Assembly (NCBI GenBank): GCA_951406725.2
Contig: OX597831.1
Location: forward strand, 55,614,001-55,678,000
Direction of reading: 5' to 3'
Length of the DNA: 64,000 bases
Origin: Octopus vulgaris
Taxonomy: Eukaryota
Shown here: in pieces, positions 1-13,310 of the stretch
Numbering within the stretch: position 1 is the stretch's first letter
Layout: every line of letters starts with the position of its first letter
The notes under the pieces: generated by a model
What the model was told of the DNA's origin: nothing
The model's database searches: none
The model's input: the letters and a program-made list of their open reading frames with translations, nothing else
Program-made: the position numbers and the translations under genes

Positions 1-110
1 TAACATGGCAAAACTAACATAAAAACAATGATCATGATGTGTGTATGTGTATGTGTGTGTAAACTCCATATACTGTACCCAACGTAAGATATGGACTCAC
101 AAAAGATGTA

Positions 111-960
111 ATGAAATCACAGACAGAGAAAGTCAGCTTCATATGTACTGGAACAACACTTACTGTGAGTGTGCTTGAAATAGATTCTCTTAAATGCCTG
201 ACTGGCGTACTAGTAGTCATTGATGGTTTGTATTACCTAGGAGACATACTTAGCAGTGGAGGTGGTGACTCTGAAAGTATAGTAGCCAGAGTAAAAACAG
301 GTTGGAAAAAGTTCAGGGAGCTAATACCTCTTCTAGCAACAAAAGTCACTTTTCCTAAAGTGCAGGGTAGGTTATCTGACACATGTTAGAATTGTGATGT
401 TGCATGGTAGTGAGACATGAAAGGAACCTTGAAAGCAGAAAACTTGTAATGACTAGAAAGGCAGCGAGCTGGCAGAAATGTTAGCATGCCGGGCGAAATG
501 CAAATCGGTATTTCATCTGCCGTTATGTTCTGAGTTCAAATTCCGCTGAGGTCAACTTTGCCCTTCATCTTTTCGGGGTTGATAAATTAAGTACCGGTTG
601 CGCACTGGGGTCATTGTAATTGATTTAATCCGTTTGTTTGTCCCCTCTATGTTTAGCCCCTTGTGGGCAATAAAGAAATAAGAAAGAAATGAAGCTACCA
701 TGCTCCAATGGATGTGTAATGTTTGTGTGTGTGTGTGAACAACATTATAAATGATGTAAGAGAGAAACTGTATTATAAGAAGAATACAGTGTAGTGTATG
801 TGTGTGAGGAAGCTGCGCTGGTATGGATGTGTGATGTACATGGAGGAAATCAGCGTGAAGGTGTCAACAAGTAGGTTCTTGACATATGGAGAGGTAAGAT
901 GTGGCTGGCATAGCTGAGTGGTGGCAGGGATAATGAGAGTTGATGGAATGTGGTTAAGAA
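111..960 (+). mobile_element. RTE LINE 3' ORF relic, interrupted by a SINE at 459-680
   Basis: YYLGD.LSSGGG.SESIVARVKTGWKKFRELIPLL; LHGSET; LRWYG. Confidence 0.8.
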
Positions 961-1429
961 CAAGACTCATTTGTTCATAGGTTTACTCAATCTGAGCTGA
1001 CCTGAGGTTAAACAAAATACATTGAGGTTTAAATCTGGTGTCTATTCTCTGTAGTACTAATTGGGTTATATTGTTACACTGGTAAAATTTGTGTTAATGT
1101 GAACTGTGTACTTTCATTTTAAGCCTTTTTATTGTTATATAATCTATTTATACACACTCACTGCCTATAATACTATCTTGCTCAATCTACTGTATTCCTG
1201 ACATTGCTTTATACAGTCTATGTGTTGTATATACTTTGCTTTGTACATAGTATTAGTTGTATATGCTATCTACCTGTGTAAGTTGTCAGTTGGTATGTAT
1301 ATCATTTATTTTGTTGTATATACAGTCTCTTGGTTGCTTATACTTTCTATAATTTGTAAATGTTGTCAATTGAGTATATATATCATCTGTTAGTTGTATG
1401 CACTGGCTATTAGTTGTATATATATGTTG

Positions 1430-1822
1430 TCATCATCATCATCGTTTAATGTCTGCTTTCCATGCTAGCATGGGTTGGACGATTTAACTGCAGTCTGGCG
1501 AACCAGATGGCTGCACCGGACTCCAATCTGATCTGGCAGAGTTTCTACAGCTGGATGCCCTTCCTAATGCCAACCACTCCGAGAGTATAGTGGGTGCTTT
1601 TACATGCCACCGGCACGAGGGCCAGTCAGGTGGTACTGGCAACAGCCATGCTCAAATGGTGCTTTTTATGTGCCACCTGCACAGGAGCCAGTCCAGTGGC
1701 ACTGGCAACGACCGCGCCTGAATGTTGTTTTCACATGCCGCCAGCACAAGTGCCAGTAAGGCGACGCAGGTAACGATCACGCTCGATTGGTGCTTTTTAT
1801 GTGCCATCAGCACAGAGGCCAG
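1430..1822 (-). mobile_element. RTE 3' UTR-only copy (others: 9100-9280 +, 13610-13897 +, 24400-24575 +, 24732-25020 -, 25920-26125 -, 32825-33145 +)
   Basis: catcatcgtttaa..ccatgctagcatgggttggacg..ctggatgcccttcctaa, shared with the ORF-bearing RTE copies. Confidence 0.85.
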
Positions 1823-1969
1823 CTTATACTCTTTATTGGTAGCATTTATTGTTTGCATGTGTATTCTATCAGTCGCTTGTATATACTGTCTTCGCGTTGT
1901 ATACAATAATCTCCATGTTGTAGTCCCTTACATAGACTATTATGGTCTATTTATCATTCTGTCTTACAG

Positions 1970-2070
1970 AACACCAGAGTAATACAGCATGTTTTTGCAA
2001 CATATGTCCGTATCTTGAAGAAATCTCCAGACTCGGCCCTTGTAACAGTTGTTCTTGAAGGATTGACCAA
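1970..2070 (+). CDS. NOC3L: NOC3L internal exon (first seen in window; 5' part of gene lies upstream)
   Basis: ttacag|...|gtgagt; NTRVIQHVFATYVRILKKSPDSALVTVVLEGLT(K) resembles the recalled human NOC3L segment [33 protein letters not shown]; ends in phase 2. Confidence 0.93.
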
Positions 2071-2409
2071 GTGAGTTTTTAGTCTGATTTGTATGTTGAA
2101 CCTTTGCTTGATTTAAAAGTCATTCACAGTAACACAACAATTAAGTAAATTATGATGCATTTAACATCATACCATTATCTCATCCTTATTTTCATCATTA
2201 TCTTTCAGTCAGATGTTTAACAATACATAATAGTTGTGTGGTTAAGAAGTTTGCTTCCTAACTACATGGTTTGGGGTTCAGTCCCACTGCGTGACATCAT
2301 GTTCAGTTACCTTGTACTATAGCTCAAGCTATGTTTTGTGAGTGGATTTGGTAGATGTAAATTGAAATACCATTGTGTCGTGTGTGTGTGTGTGTGTATA
2401 TGTATATAT

Positions 2410-2585
2410 ATTATTGTGTCTGGGAAGAGTCATTCTGTTTTAATGTCTTATTAATTAACACACTCACCTGTTCAATTTTCACTCGTTTACTTATTTATTT
2501 TTTTTAAAAAATTTCGTTGCTTCTTGCAACCTCTTCAGTAGTTGTTAACTCTGTTATCGAAACTGAATTCTCTTTGTTTTTTGTT
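2410..2585 (-). mobile_element. Penelope-like pseudo-LTR fragment with hammerhead core (2512-2538); inverted partial copy at about 4685-4830
   Basis: Minus strand CUGAAGA-G-GUUGC-AAGAA-GCAAC-GAAA; tattgtgtctgggaagagtcattctg is the near reverse complement of cagaatgactctcctcagacacaata. Confidence 0.5.
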
Positions 2586-2970
2586 TGTGCACATGTGTAT
2601 GCATCAGTGTGCATGTATATACACATGTATGTATGTGAATGTATGTATGTATGTATGTTTGCATGCATGTGTATTCATATATGTATTTATGTGTACGTTT
2701 ATATGTATGTATTCTGCATATTCATGTGTTTGTGTGTATTTGTGTATGTACATCTGTCACCTTGAGTGTGTCTATGTGTATGGGTTTGTGTGACTATCTA
2801 CGAACATCTGTTATGTATGGATGTGTGTCTCCATATGTGTCCTTGTGTGTGTGTGTGTATGGTCGTGTATTTCATTCTTTTATGTATGTGTGTGTGTGTG
2901 CTTTGTTCATGTTACCTATGTACCTATCTGTCTACATATCTATATGTTTACTTACATATCCATTTACCTA

Positions 2971-3011
<41 letters not shown>

Positions 3012-3039
3012 GTCTACATAACAGCCTACTAACAAATCT

Positions 3040-3631
3040 ACCTGAGCATTCATAAAAGAAGTAAAGACTGGAATAGGATACAGAGAGTTTGTGACAAAGC
3101 AAACAAGGTGAATACATGGTATACAAGGCCAACAGATATCAAGGAGTGATGTTTGTAGAGGCCACAACTCATGGAGAACTAACCCGAAGATTTAGGAAAG
3201 CTCTGAAGGAGGCCAAACTCAACATTAAGATTGTTGAAAAGCCAGGGAGCTCCATCAGATTACAATTATATAGGGTGTAGCCCTTCGAGAATACCACATG
3301 CACCAATGAGAACTGCATGACATGTAAAATTAATCTTGTATAGTCTATAACAAAATGCATAGAGGGTGCTTGTAAAAACAAGAATAAGACATACATTGGT
3401 GAGATGTCTAGAAGCATTGTGGAGAGACTAAATGAACATTTGAAACAATATGATGACAAAAAACAGTCCTCTACACTTTACCAACCTGCCAAAGACCAAC
3501 ATAGGGACACACTGGGTTGGCTTGACATTTGCATTTTATCCAAGTACCTGAAGGACCCAACACTCACACAAATACAGGAGTGCTTCCTCATAAATGAAAC
3601 ATCCCCAGTACTAAATAGGAGATATATGTAG
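3040..3631 (+). pseudogene. Penelope-like element relic, GIY-YIG endonuclease
   Basis: Broken frames give VMFVEAT..GEL..KIVEKPG..C....C..C, then KTYIGEMSRSIVERLNEH...QIQECFLINETSPVLN. Confidence 0.75.
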
Positions 3632-3703
3632 AAGGTAGTGATACCCCAATAGCCACAGTTTATACATACACAGGTAAATTTGATAGTAGGCTGTTATGTA
3701 GAC

Positions 3704-3736
<33 letters not shown>

Positions 3737-4836
3737 GAGCTGGGTGCAAGTTCATTAATTCATTAATTAACAAAGTTAACATTTTTGTTAACAATTTAAC
3801 TTTTAAGTTAACTTTGAGAATCATTATCGGACTAATTAACTTCTGTTACATTTAGCTTCCATTAACTCAAGTCTGTTAACGCAAAAATTTCATAAAAAAC
3901 AGTAAATGTTTAAAAGTTTCTATTGTTTTCAGATTGTCTTAGCATATTTAATATTGTACATGTCATTCTTTCAACCCTGATATAATGCCACTTGTTACTA
4001 TAAATAACTTGTAGGACCTTGTTTGGCCCTACCTGTATTTGAAAGACAACAAGAAATTTTTTTATCTCAAGAGGGAACAGTGGTTGATATCTTTCCACTT
4101 GATCCATGCCCCTGCTGAGGTGGATGTTAACAGAGAAAATATTGACATCCATAAAGTGGAATAAATAAATGGAAGGTAAAATGTTGCTAAATATTTTGGT
4201 GTAAATGCAAATATATGTTACGTAGTAGCAGGGTATGCTAGAAATAGCAGTCAAATCTTCCCTTTTCTGGAAAAAGGAACCGTCTACATGTGATTTTGAT
4301 GTCACATTTGTTGAAGGCATGCAAAATAACCTGGAAAAGAAAAAAAGACCTACAAAGCAAAACTCCCTTGGTGGAAAACTTCAAGGTCCCCACCACCCTT
4401 CTCACCTTTCTTTTCCGGAAAAAATTGGCTTGCGGCAGGTTTGGAGGTCAGATACATTGAATGCACCTGAAAAAACTATTTCACACTGAGGAATGAAATA
4501 TTTACTGAAAGAATAAAATCTTGTACTGATTACACCTGTATTTTAATTAATTCAAATTAACATACCTCATCTTGAAAAGTGGCAAAATTTTTATCTGTTG
4601 CCATCTGGGATAATTTTAGTAACAAATCAAACAGGTAAGATGCATTAAGAATTTCAATTTTAGTGTTTATCCATAATGTTATTAAATAAATAAATGAGTG
4701 AAAATCAAACTTGTGAGTATTAATTAATAAGGCATTGAAACAGAATGACTCTCCTCAGACACAATAAAATGTGCTTAAACACACGAATTCACATAAAGAA
4801 TCTTGCTAACTAAATACAAAAACGAAATATATATAT

Positions 4837-4906
<70 letters not shown>

Positions 4907-5264
4907 TTGTATCTCCTTGTCTTGACATCACATAATGGTTGTAAATGAGTGTCACTGCCTTACAAGCAGTGTCATTCATTTCTGATATTCTGCAAAACCA
5001 TGTCTGGCCATTGGGGATGTATTACCTTGCTTGGAACCAGGTGAGTGTTGGCAACAGGAAGGGTGCCCAGCGATAGAAAAACTGCCTCGACAAATTCCAT
5101 CTGACCCATGCAAGCATGGAAAAGTGGATGTTAAGTCATGATGAATAGATATGTCAGCAAATATAAAATCAAACAAATGTGGATGTTGAATATTTAGTAG
5201 ACAATTTACCCGTGTTTATTTGTTAATTGTTGGTTTTATTCCTCTTTTTTCGTCCTTTTTCCAG

Positions 5265-5337
5265 ATTTGCTCATTTTGTGAATATTGATTATTTTGAAGA
5301 CCTTTTCAGCACACTGAAAAGTATGATTGCAAGCCAG
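5265..5337 (+). CDS. NOC3L: NOC3L exon
   Basis: ttccag|...|gtgagt; (K)FAHFVNIDYFEDLFSTLKSMIASQ matches the FAHLINVEFFDDL motif; phase 2 to 0. Confidence 0.93.
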
Positions 5338-5659
5338 GTGAGTTTTGAAGTTCTAATGTTAGCAATTTAACCCTTTTGATACTAAAGCAGCTGTAATTTG
5401 CTGAGAATTTTATTGGCAAATATTTCCATCCTGCCTGAAAACAGCTGAAATAACCTAGTCATATTAAAATGAGAATTTCTGTCACAAATCTCTTTAGTAC
5501 ACCCGTGAAAATACATGATTTCACTATGTGCACAATTGAGTTACACTGTCTGATATTATTTTATATGATATCTGAGTGTTGTGAATTTTTGAAGATTCTA
5601 TTTTTTTCTTTTTTTTTCCCACTCTGATTTTCTGAAATGTTTCACCATGGATGAAAAAT

Positions 5660-5850
5660 GGATACACCACAATACCAAATTTTGCCCATTTTCAAGCAAA
5701 GTTACTGCTAATAACTTTTGAAGTCTTCTTTGAAGAGTCAGATGTCAGTTTACTGGGAAAGAAACAATGCATCTATAAATAAGAAGAGTTGAAATTAATG
5801 CATGCAAGATTTCACAGCTCTAGCTATGAACTTTTCAGCTCACCTTCATA
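5660..5850 (-). mobile_element. Mariner 5' relic
   Basis: Minus strand TIR-like ta-tgaaggtgagctgaaaagttc, then MGKIWYCGV; adjacent plus-strand TMDEKWIHH fragment. Confidence 0.45.
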
Positions 5851-6714
5851 GCATCCTTGAATTGCGTCTCAGTGCCAAACTACAGTTTTATTCTCCCAGC
5901 TATCTATTTAAAGTTATACATGGCTGCGGTACATTTACAGTCTCCAGTCTGGAAACTTCATCTTGTCCAAAATATCGGCCTGCTGGGAGCTGTCCAGAGA
6001 CATGCAACTGGACAAACATCCTCTCTCAGTCACTTATTATATCCTGAACATATTTTGTTTCTAGGTATTGCCACGCTAAAGTTTCAGCATCTAGTAGCTG
6101 ACTTGGTAGAATCCCACAAAATTATCCACCATTTTGCCAACAGCAATTTTGACCCTTTAGCTGTGTCTAGGAAGGGTCATTACACCAATATTAATAACAC
6201 ATGCACTGGTTTAGTTCCACTCTGTTATTATTAGTCAGTTGGTTAAATATCTATCCAACTAGCTAATCACTTGTTGGTTAAACAGTCAATGATATTGGGG
6301 TTTTTTTTTTATGTTCATCAAAGTTTTTTTGTTGACATCACAACATTTTCAGTGACTTCTCTCCCAGTTTGTTAGAGGCCATGTTTTCCTGTCTGAGACC
6401 TTGTTGCTTGTATGTGTGTGTGTAGTTTAGGAGAAGAGGTAAAGGTGATGACTGATAGGTTTGTTTGTGTATGTACATACATGTGTGTATGCCCATGTAG
6501 CCACTTGTCTGTGTGTTTGTGTATTAGTGGGTGTCTGCACTGGCTTTGCTGACCTCTTTTCATGGTTCAGCTTTTAATTTTATTGTTTGAATTTTGTTTT
6601 ATATGCCTGCTGTAGGTTTATGGGTTTATGGTGTGTTTGGGGTATAGTTTTTCCTGAGTGTGTGGGGGTGGGGGATGTGTGAAGAGCTCTTTTTGAATTC
6701 AATACCTCTACCAC

Positions 6715-7100
6715 TCATGGACATGATTATCAAATCAAAAAACTGTTCAACACCTATAATGTTCCAAAAAAACTTTTTCCAACTCAGAACTCTTCAAGCA
6801 TGGAATAAACTACCCCCATCAGTTGTTAACTGTCAGGGCACTGCATCCTTCAAAGATTCCATGCTTCCTAAAATTCACCAACACTGTTCCTGACATGCCT
6901 ATGCACCCTTTCCTCTTTATGACTCTCTTAATGTCCATTTTCCTATCTTATGTGTGTTTTTTTTATTCTGTGTACTGTGTATGTACTTCTACCTTTCACT
7001 ACTGACTTTCTTTACTTGACTCACATGCCTGCTTTCTGTACACTTTTGACTTTTCTGACAAGTTGCAGTGCATCTGAGCATTGAATATAATAAACTCATT
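6715..7100 (+). mobile_element. CR1-type LINE 3' end
   Basis: KNFFQLRTLQAWNKLPPSVVNCQGTASFK, a CR1 ORF2 C-terminal motif. Confidence 0.75.
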
Positions 7101-7660
7101 GTTATGTACTGCCTTTATTTCAGTCAGTTTGGAAAATAATGAAGAATTTAGTAACTTTGTTATTAAGCTGTATTTTAGAACATAAATTAACAAGAAATTC
7201 TGATGGAAGGTTTTAATTTAGATCACTTTAAAATGGGAAGTTTTCATCATAGAACCAAGGGTAGTCTAAGGCAGGTTAGTATCAAAAAGGTTAAAGGCTT
7301 CAATCTTCAAAAGTCCACATCAACACCCCCCCCCCCACCTCTCTCTCTCTCTAGAAATGATATTAAAAAAATGTCTATATGGCTGGACTGACAAGCATCA
7401 GTATGGGCCCATAGCATGCATTATGCACTATGTCCTTCTATAAAAAGCGTTACACTAGCCTGGCTGACAACTGCATGACCTCACTTTGTGACTGAGTCCC
7501 TTGAGTAACAATAACCAGTTGATAGTGTTAAATAGAGGATATAACAATATTGTGAGTGTTTGGAATCTATCAATTTTTAATAACAGTAACTGTTAGTTAA
7601 CATTATCTTTGATTATAATAAGCAACCTCCCCCCTCCACTATATATATATATACATACAC

Positions 7661-7749
<89 letters not shown>

Positions 7750-8353
7750 CTCTTTTACTTGTTTCAGTCATTTAGTCGAGCACATCGACCCCCAAGACTT
7801 ATTCTTTGTAAGCCTAGTACTTATTCGATCGGTCTCTTTTGCCAAACTGCTAAGTTACAGGGATGTAAACATACCAGCATCGGTTGTCAAGCTATGTTGG
7901 GGAGACAAACACAGACACACAAACATACATACACACACATATATATATATATATACATATATATGACAGGCTTCTTTCAGTTTCCGCCTACCAAATCCAC
8001 TCACAAGGCTTTGGTCAACCTGAGGCTATAGTCGACGACATTTGCCCAAGTTGCCACGCAGTGGGACTAAACCCGGAACCATGTGGTTGGTAAGCAAGCT
8101 ACTTACCACACAGCCACTCATATAAATATCTACATATTTATACATGAATGTTTATAATCTGAATATTTTCAGTCTTTGTATCTCTCTATTTACATGTATA
8201 TTGTATAAATCTAGCTCAAGCAGTTTTATTTGTTTACTTGAATCATTGTCTGTCTGTCAGTCAGTAGAGTCAATCAGTCAGTCAGTCATGCTAGTTATGT
8301 TAGTTTTTCAAAAAATTTGTTGGTTAATATTTGTAATTTTCTTTCTCTTCCAG

Positions 8354-8489
8354 AGCTTGACCTTGCAGCAGACTATACAATGCACCTTAACTGCTTTTAT
8401 GATACTTTCTGGACAAGGCAATGTTTTAAACATTGATCCAGTGCATTTCTACAAATATTTCTACCACAGAATCATATCACTAAATGCAG
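8354..8489 (+). CDS. NOC3L: NOC3L exon (CBF/Mak21 region)
   Basis: ttccag|...|gtaaga; SLTLQQTIQCTLTAFMILSGQGNVLNIDPVHFYKYFYHRIISLNA(G) contains the LSGQG.VLNIDP..FY motif; phase 0 to 1. Confidence 0.95.
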
Positions 8490-8671
8490 GTAAGAAGACA
8501 TAATAGAAAACAAACACAATATTCTTGTCTATTAATGTACTAGATTATCAGAATGGGTAAAGCACCAGTGAAAATGTCAAAGAGTATTTAGTTATATTGT
8601 TTTATGTTCTGAGTGCAAATCCTGCTGTGATTGACTTCACTTTGCATGCTTCAAAGGTTAAAATAATTTCT

Positions 8672-9055
8672 CAAGAAGACCTACCCACCACAACATACCC
8701 AAGAAGACCCACCCACCACAACATACCCAAGAAGACTTACCCACCATGACATACCCAAGAAGACCCACCCACCACAACATACCCAAGAAGACCTACCCAC
8801 CACAACATACCCAAGAAGACCTACCCACCATGGCATACCCAAGACCTGCCCACCACAACATACCCAAGAAGACCCACCCACCACAACATACCAAGAAGAC
8901 CCACCCACACAACATACCCAAGAAGACCTACCCATCGCAACATACCCAAGAAAACCCACCCACCACAACATACTCAAGAAGACCCGCCCACCATAACATA
9001 CTCAAGAAGATCTCCCTACCACAGCATACTTAAAACGACCCACATACCACAACAA
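8672..9055. repeat. 28-bp minisatellite, about 13 copies, in a NOC3L intron
   Basis: Unit caagaagacc(t/c)acccaccacaacatacc. Confidence 0.92.
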
Positions 9056-10532
9056 AATTGAGATCCTGAAATCAAGATGCCCTGTAAAAAGCTTTGGTGT
9101 GGTTGTTGGTAGCACATAACAAGCACCCAGTACACTTTGTAAAGTGGTCGGTGTTAAGAAGGGCATCCAGCTGTAGAAACCATGCCAAAACAGACAATGA
9201 AACCTGGTGTGGCCTCTAGCCTTGCCAGTTCTTGTCAAGCCATGCCAGCATGGAAAATGGGTGTTAAACGTTGATGATGAGTACTACTGTTGAATAAATT
9301 GACTACTACTGCTCCAAATATAATGGTCGTCTGCTCAGGTGGTGGTTGATGTGTAACCTAGGCCCTGTCATACCAAATGTGCATTAATTCCATGACTACA
9401 GATTTCTGTAGAATACTCTAATGGATACATATAGTAGATAGGTGTTGCAAATGTTGCAATAACTAAACTATGTATCAACTGTAGCATTGTAAAATAGACC
9501 AGTCATTTATTTGTGTCTGTAAAGTATTTGGCACACATGTTAAGAGAACATGTCAACCTCTCTAGTTTTGGTGCCGCAATAAAATGCTCCCAGTACACTC
9601 TGTAAAGAGATTGGTGGTAGGCAGGGCATCCAATTACAGAAGAAATTATGCCTAAATATTTGACTAGGAAGGCAATAGCTCTGAATAAGAACTGGCTCTA
9701 AGCACCATGAGATGTCTTATCCATGTTATCATGGAAAATGGATGTAAGGTGATAGGTCTAGTTTCTTTGTCACTATAGCATGAAGAGGGTTAAGCTCTGA
9801 CAAGTTGAGTCGCTGTTCCCAAAATATACTAAATGAAAAGGAAATTTTAATGGTACCTCTCTGATCTGAATAGATTAAGAGAGTTATAACAGTTATAGGA
9901 TTAAAATAATTAGTGTACATTCTTTGATTCTCAACTTCAAAATATTCTTTAAATTAATCATACTCGAGTATTAATTTGTGCTTTTAGTGTTTTTTTTTCT
10001 TCAATTAATAGCTTTATGTCATTTATTATTTATATTGTTCTCTAGTCCTTGGTTGACCCTGAACATGAAGACCTATGATCAAAGACCTAGCCATGACTGT
10101 CCTCATGTTGTATATTTAAGATTACGTTGTCAAACACGTCCTCTTTTGAGGTTGTAGGATGTCATTTTTAGATTTTTAGTTGCTATTTGTAATGGATCAA
10201 GCCACCTTTTAGAGTCTCTCTCATCTCATGTTAAATGTGGGCGATTCTTAAGATGAAATTTTTTGGCCCCTCTGTGGTTATAGATTGGATTTCATTGGTT
10301 TATCCTTTCATCCTTTCGGGGTCGATAAATTAAGTACCAGTTACGCACTGGGGTCTATATAATCGACTTAATACCTGTGTCTGTCCTTGTTTGTCCCCTC
10401 TGTGTTTAACCCCTTGTGGGCAGTAAAGAAATAGGATTTCATTGGTTTATATTACTCTAATTTTTCTGAGAAACTTTAACCTTTTGACTGCCATAAGTAA
10501 AAAATATTAAGACATTTCCTTTTGTTTTCCAG

Positions 10533-10603
10533 GCGAGTCTAGTGAGTACATGCTTCTTCTTTTGAACACATTAGAAGAAACTATTTTCAAGCGTAAAAGA
10601 CAG
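10533..10603 (+). CDS. NOC3L: NOC3L exon
   Basis: ttccag|...|gtaaat; (G)ESSEYMLLLLNTLEETIFKRKRQ; phase 1 to 0. Confidence 0.9.
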
Positions 10604-11207
10604 GTAAATTTATTGTTTCTTCTTGTTCATTGCTACTGAAATAAATGTTGTTTAAAAGTGAGTTCCAGATAAAAGTCAAAGCTGTATTTTCTGAATAGCA
10701 CTTGATAATTTTGCTTCAATCTTTCTAAAAAGCTGCAGCAATGCCTCTCTGATCCCACATCCTCTGCTGACCAGAGAGAAAAACTGTTAAGATCTACTAA
10801 ATTTTGATAGTCTAATCTATTAGTTTGTCGTTTATACATAACAATTAAAGTAAAATCAAATAATAAAAAATTATTACATTATTGTGTTTTTCTTAATAAA
10901 ATTGGTGGGGAAAAATTTTGCATCTTGATACCAAGTAATATTTGTACCTTTAATTTTGATTTTGGTATTAAAAGGGTGTATTGTACAAATGTATTATAGT
11001 TGAATACAAATGAATTGAACTTGAAATGTATTGAAAAGAAGTCTACCTTTTATATGAGATATTCTATTGCCTTCTTGTCAATTTCTTTCATAATCCATGC
11101 CAACATAGATTAGACAAATAAGTTAATGAGAAAAAAGACCATACCATTTTATTTCTATGTTTTAATTAGCCACATACATGAATTTTGTACTTTGTTTTCT
11201 ACTTCAG

Positions 11208-11318
11208 ATTACCAAACATCGTGTGTTGGCCTTCATGAAGCGTCTCTCAACTATTGCATTGCAGACCTTACCAGAAGCTTCTATAGCTCTCCTTGGTGTT
11301 GTCCGCAGTCTTATACAT
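11208..11318 (+). CDS. NOC3L: NOC3L exon
   Basis: cttcag|...|gtaagt; ITKHRVLAFMKRLSTIALQTLPEASIALLGVVRSLIH matches the RALAFIKRL motif; phase 0 to 0. Confidence 0.94.
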
Positions 11319-12322
11319 GTAAGTCTTGTAAGAGTTTAATTATTTAGTGCCATTGCGATGCCAAATATTCATTCTTCAGTTATTCCATTGCTTTATTTTT
11401 AGCATTTTATTTCTATTAATGCCCTTCAGGTCTTCTTTTGTTTTAGAATTTTTAAAAAATTATTAGCAGTTACAGTTAGTCCTTGTAAATCAAATGAGTA
11501 AAAAGGCTCTCTTTAAGAAGCAGAAGTACTTTATACAACTAAGAGATGTTTCGTCACCTTGGTTGATCAAGCACAAAATCTCAGCCTTAAAAAGGCCACA
11601 AAATGCTGCCTCAACACACAATCTGAAATTTTAACCTCATTGTCTTCTAGAGAAGACCTGCCTACATCAGCAAAACTGAGTTCTAGAAGTGTTGTGTGTC
11701 TCACCTACACTTAACAAAAAAGAACTTCTCACACACTCTTCCACAACAAACCAAACTACATCTCTACATCTCTTTCCTTCCTCACCTTTCTGCTTCATGC
11801 ACTATGCTTACCTCTCACTCCCCAATCTTGACCTCTTGGCTCTGTGCCACTGTGTCATTGCTCTCCACTAGCTCCCGACCTGTGTGTTCCACCCACATGC
11901 CCCCGTCTCACTGTATTATTGCTATCTGCTAGCCTCCGACCTGTGTGTTCCACCCACATGTAACAAGAAAACTTTCTACTTACCTCAACGCAACAAACCA
12001 ATCTACATCTCCACATCTCTTTCTCTCAGTTCCTCCTTCATCCACTATGCCTTGCTCTCACTCCCCAACCCTGTCCTCACAGCCCCGTTCCTTTGTATCA
12101 TTGATATTCAGTAGCCCCCACCCTGACTCTATATATAGCCAGGTTTCTGCCACTCATTCTCCCCCCTCCGAATTCTTTAATCACACTTCCTTTGCAATAT
12201 CCTGCCACTTATGTTATGGCATTCAAACGTCAAGAGTATGCCTTGACACTTGCCACCATCTATATCTCTCTCTTCCTTTACTCAACCATCCCATTTATAT
12301 TCTCATCTCCGTCCTTTGTGAG

Positions 12323-13310
12323 TCATCATCATCATCATTTAACATTCGTTTTCCATGCTGGACGGTTCGACTGGGGTCTGGGAAGCCAGGAAGCTGCACC
12401 AGTCTCCAATCTGATCTGGCAATGTTTCTACAGCTGGATGCCCTTTGTAACACCAACCACTCCGAGAGTGTAGTGGGTGCTTTTTTACATGCCACCGGAA
12501 CAGGGGCCAGAGGGGGCTGGCATCAACCACATTTCAATGGTGCTTTTACGTGCCACTGGCACGGGAGCCAGGAGGGTCTTGCATTGACCATGTTTGGATG
12601 GTACTTTTACATGACACTGGCATGGGAGCCAGTCAATGTGGTGCGAGTGGGCTGGTTATGCAACACTGGTGTAGGCGACAGCTGTGATTTCACTTTATTT
12701 GCTGGGTTTTCTCAGTCACAGCATATCTCCAGAGGTCTCGGTCTTTCATCATTGCCTCTGTAAGGCCCATCATCCGAAGGTCATGTTTCACCACCTCATC
12801 CCATGTCTTCCTGGGTCTCCCTCTACCACAAGTTCCTTCCACTGTTTGGGAGTGGCACATCTTCATACAGCTCTCCACATTCATCCGTAGTACATGACCA
12901 TACCAGCGCAGATGTCTCTTGCACATCACATCTGATGCTTCTTATGTCCAACATTTCTCTCAGGGCGCTCACACTCTGTCATTTGTATACACTGACATTA
13001 CACATCTAGCGGATCATGCTTTCATTTCTTTCAAGCCTACACATGTCTTCAGCAGTCACAGCACGTTTCACTGCCGTGAAGCATGGCAGTTCGCATACAT
13101 GCATCGTACAATTTACCTTTCACTCTGAGAGAGAGGCCCTTTGTCACCAGTAGGGGTAGAAGCTTTCTGAATTTTTTCCAGTCTATTCTTATTCTAGTGG
13201 TAATGCTCTCTGAGCATCCACTCCCACTACAGACTTGGTCACCTAGGTAACAGAAGCTACCAACTACTTCTAGTTTCTCTCCCTGGCATGTGATGAAATC
13301 TGATGTCTGG
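12323..13310 (-). mobile_element. RTE LINE, 5'-truncated
   Basis: FCYLGDQV..KGKLYDAC.RTAMLHGSET..LRWYGHVLRM..GRGRPRKTWDEVV; 3' UTR and (GAT)n tail. Confidence 0.9.

Noticed and set aside
3735-4490. hAT-like end with GTTAAC repeats and 136/84-aa ORFs
   Set aside because: Probably an old DNA transposon relic, but I found no second terminus, TSD or convincing transposase motif.
8144-8503. 119-aa ORF as an independent gene
   Set aside because: Only 8354-8489 is coding (NOC3L exon); the rest is open intron sequence.
8672-9055. CRISPR-like regular repeats
   Set aside because: Units are contiguous with no unique spacers; eukaryotic intron; no cas genes.
11945-12763. 272-aa ORF
   Set aside because: Crosses a pyrimidine-rich repeat and the antisense RTE 3' UTR; no recognisable domain.
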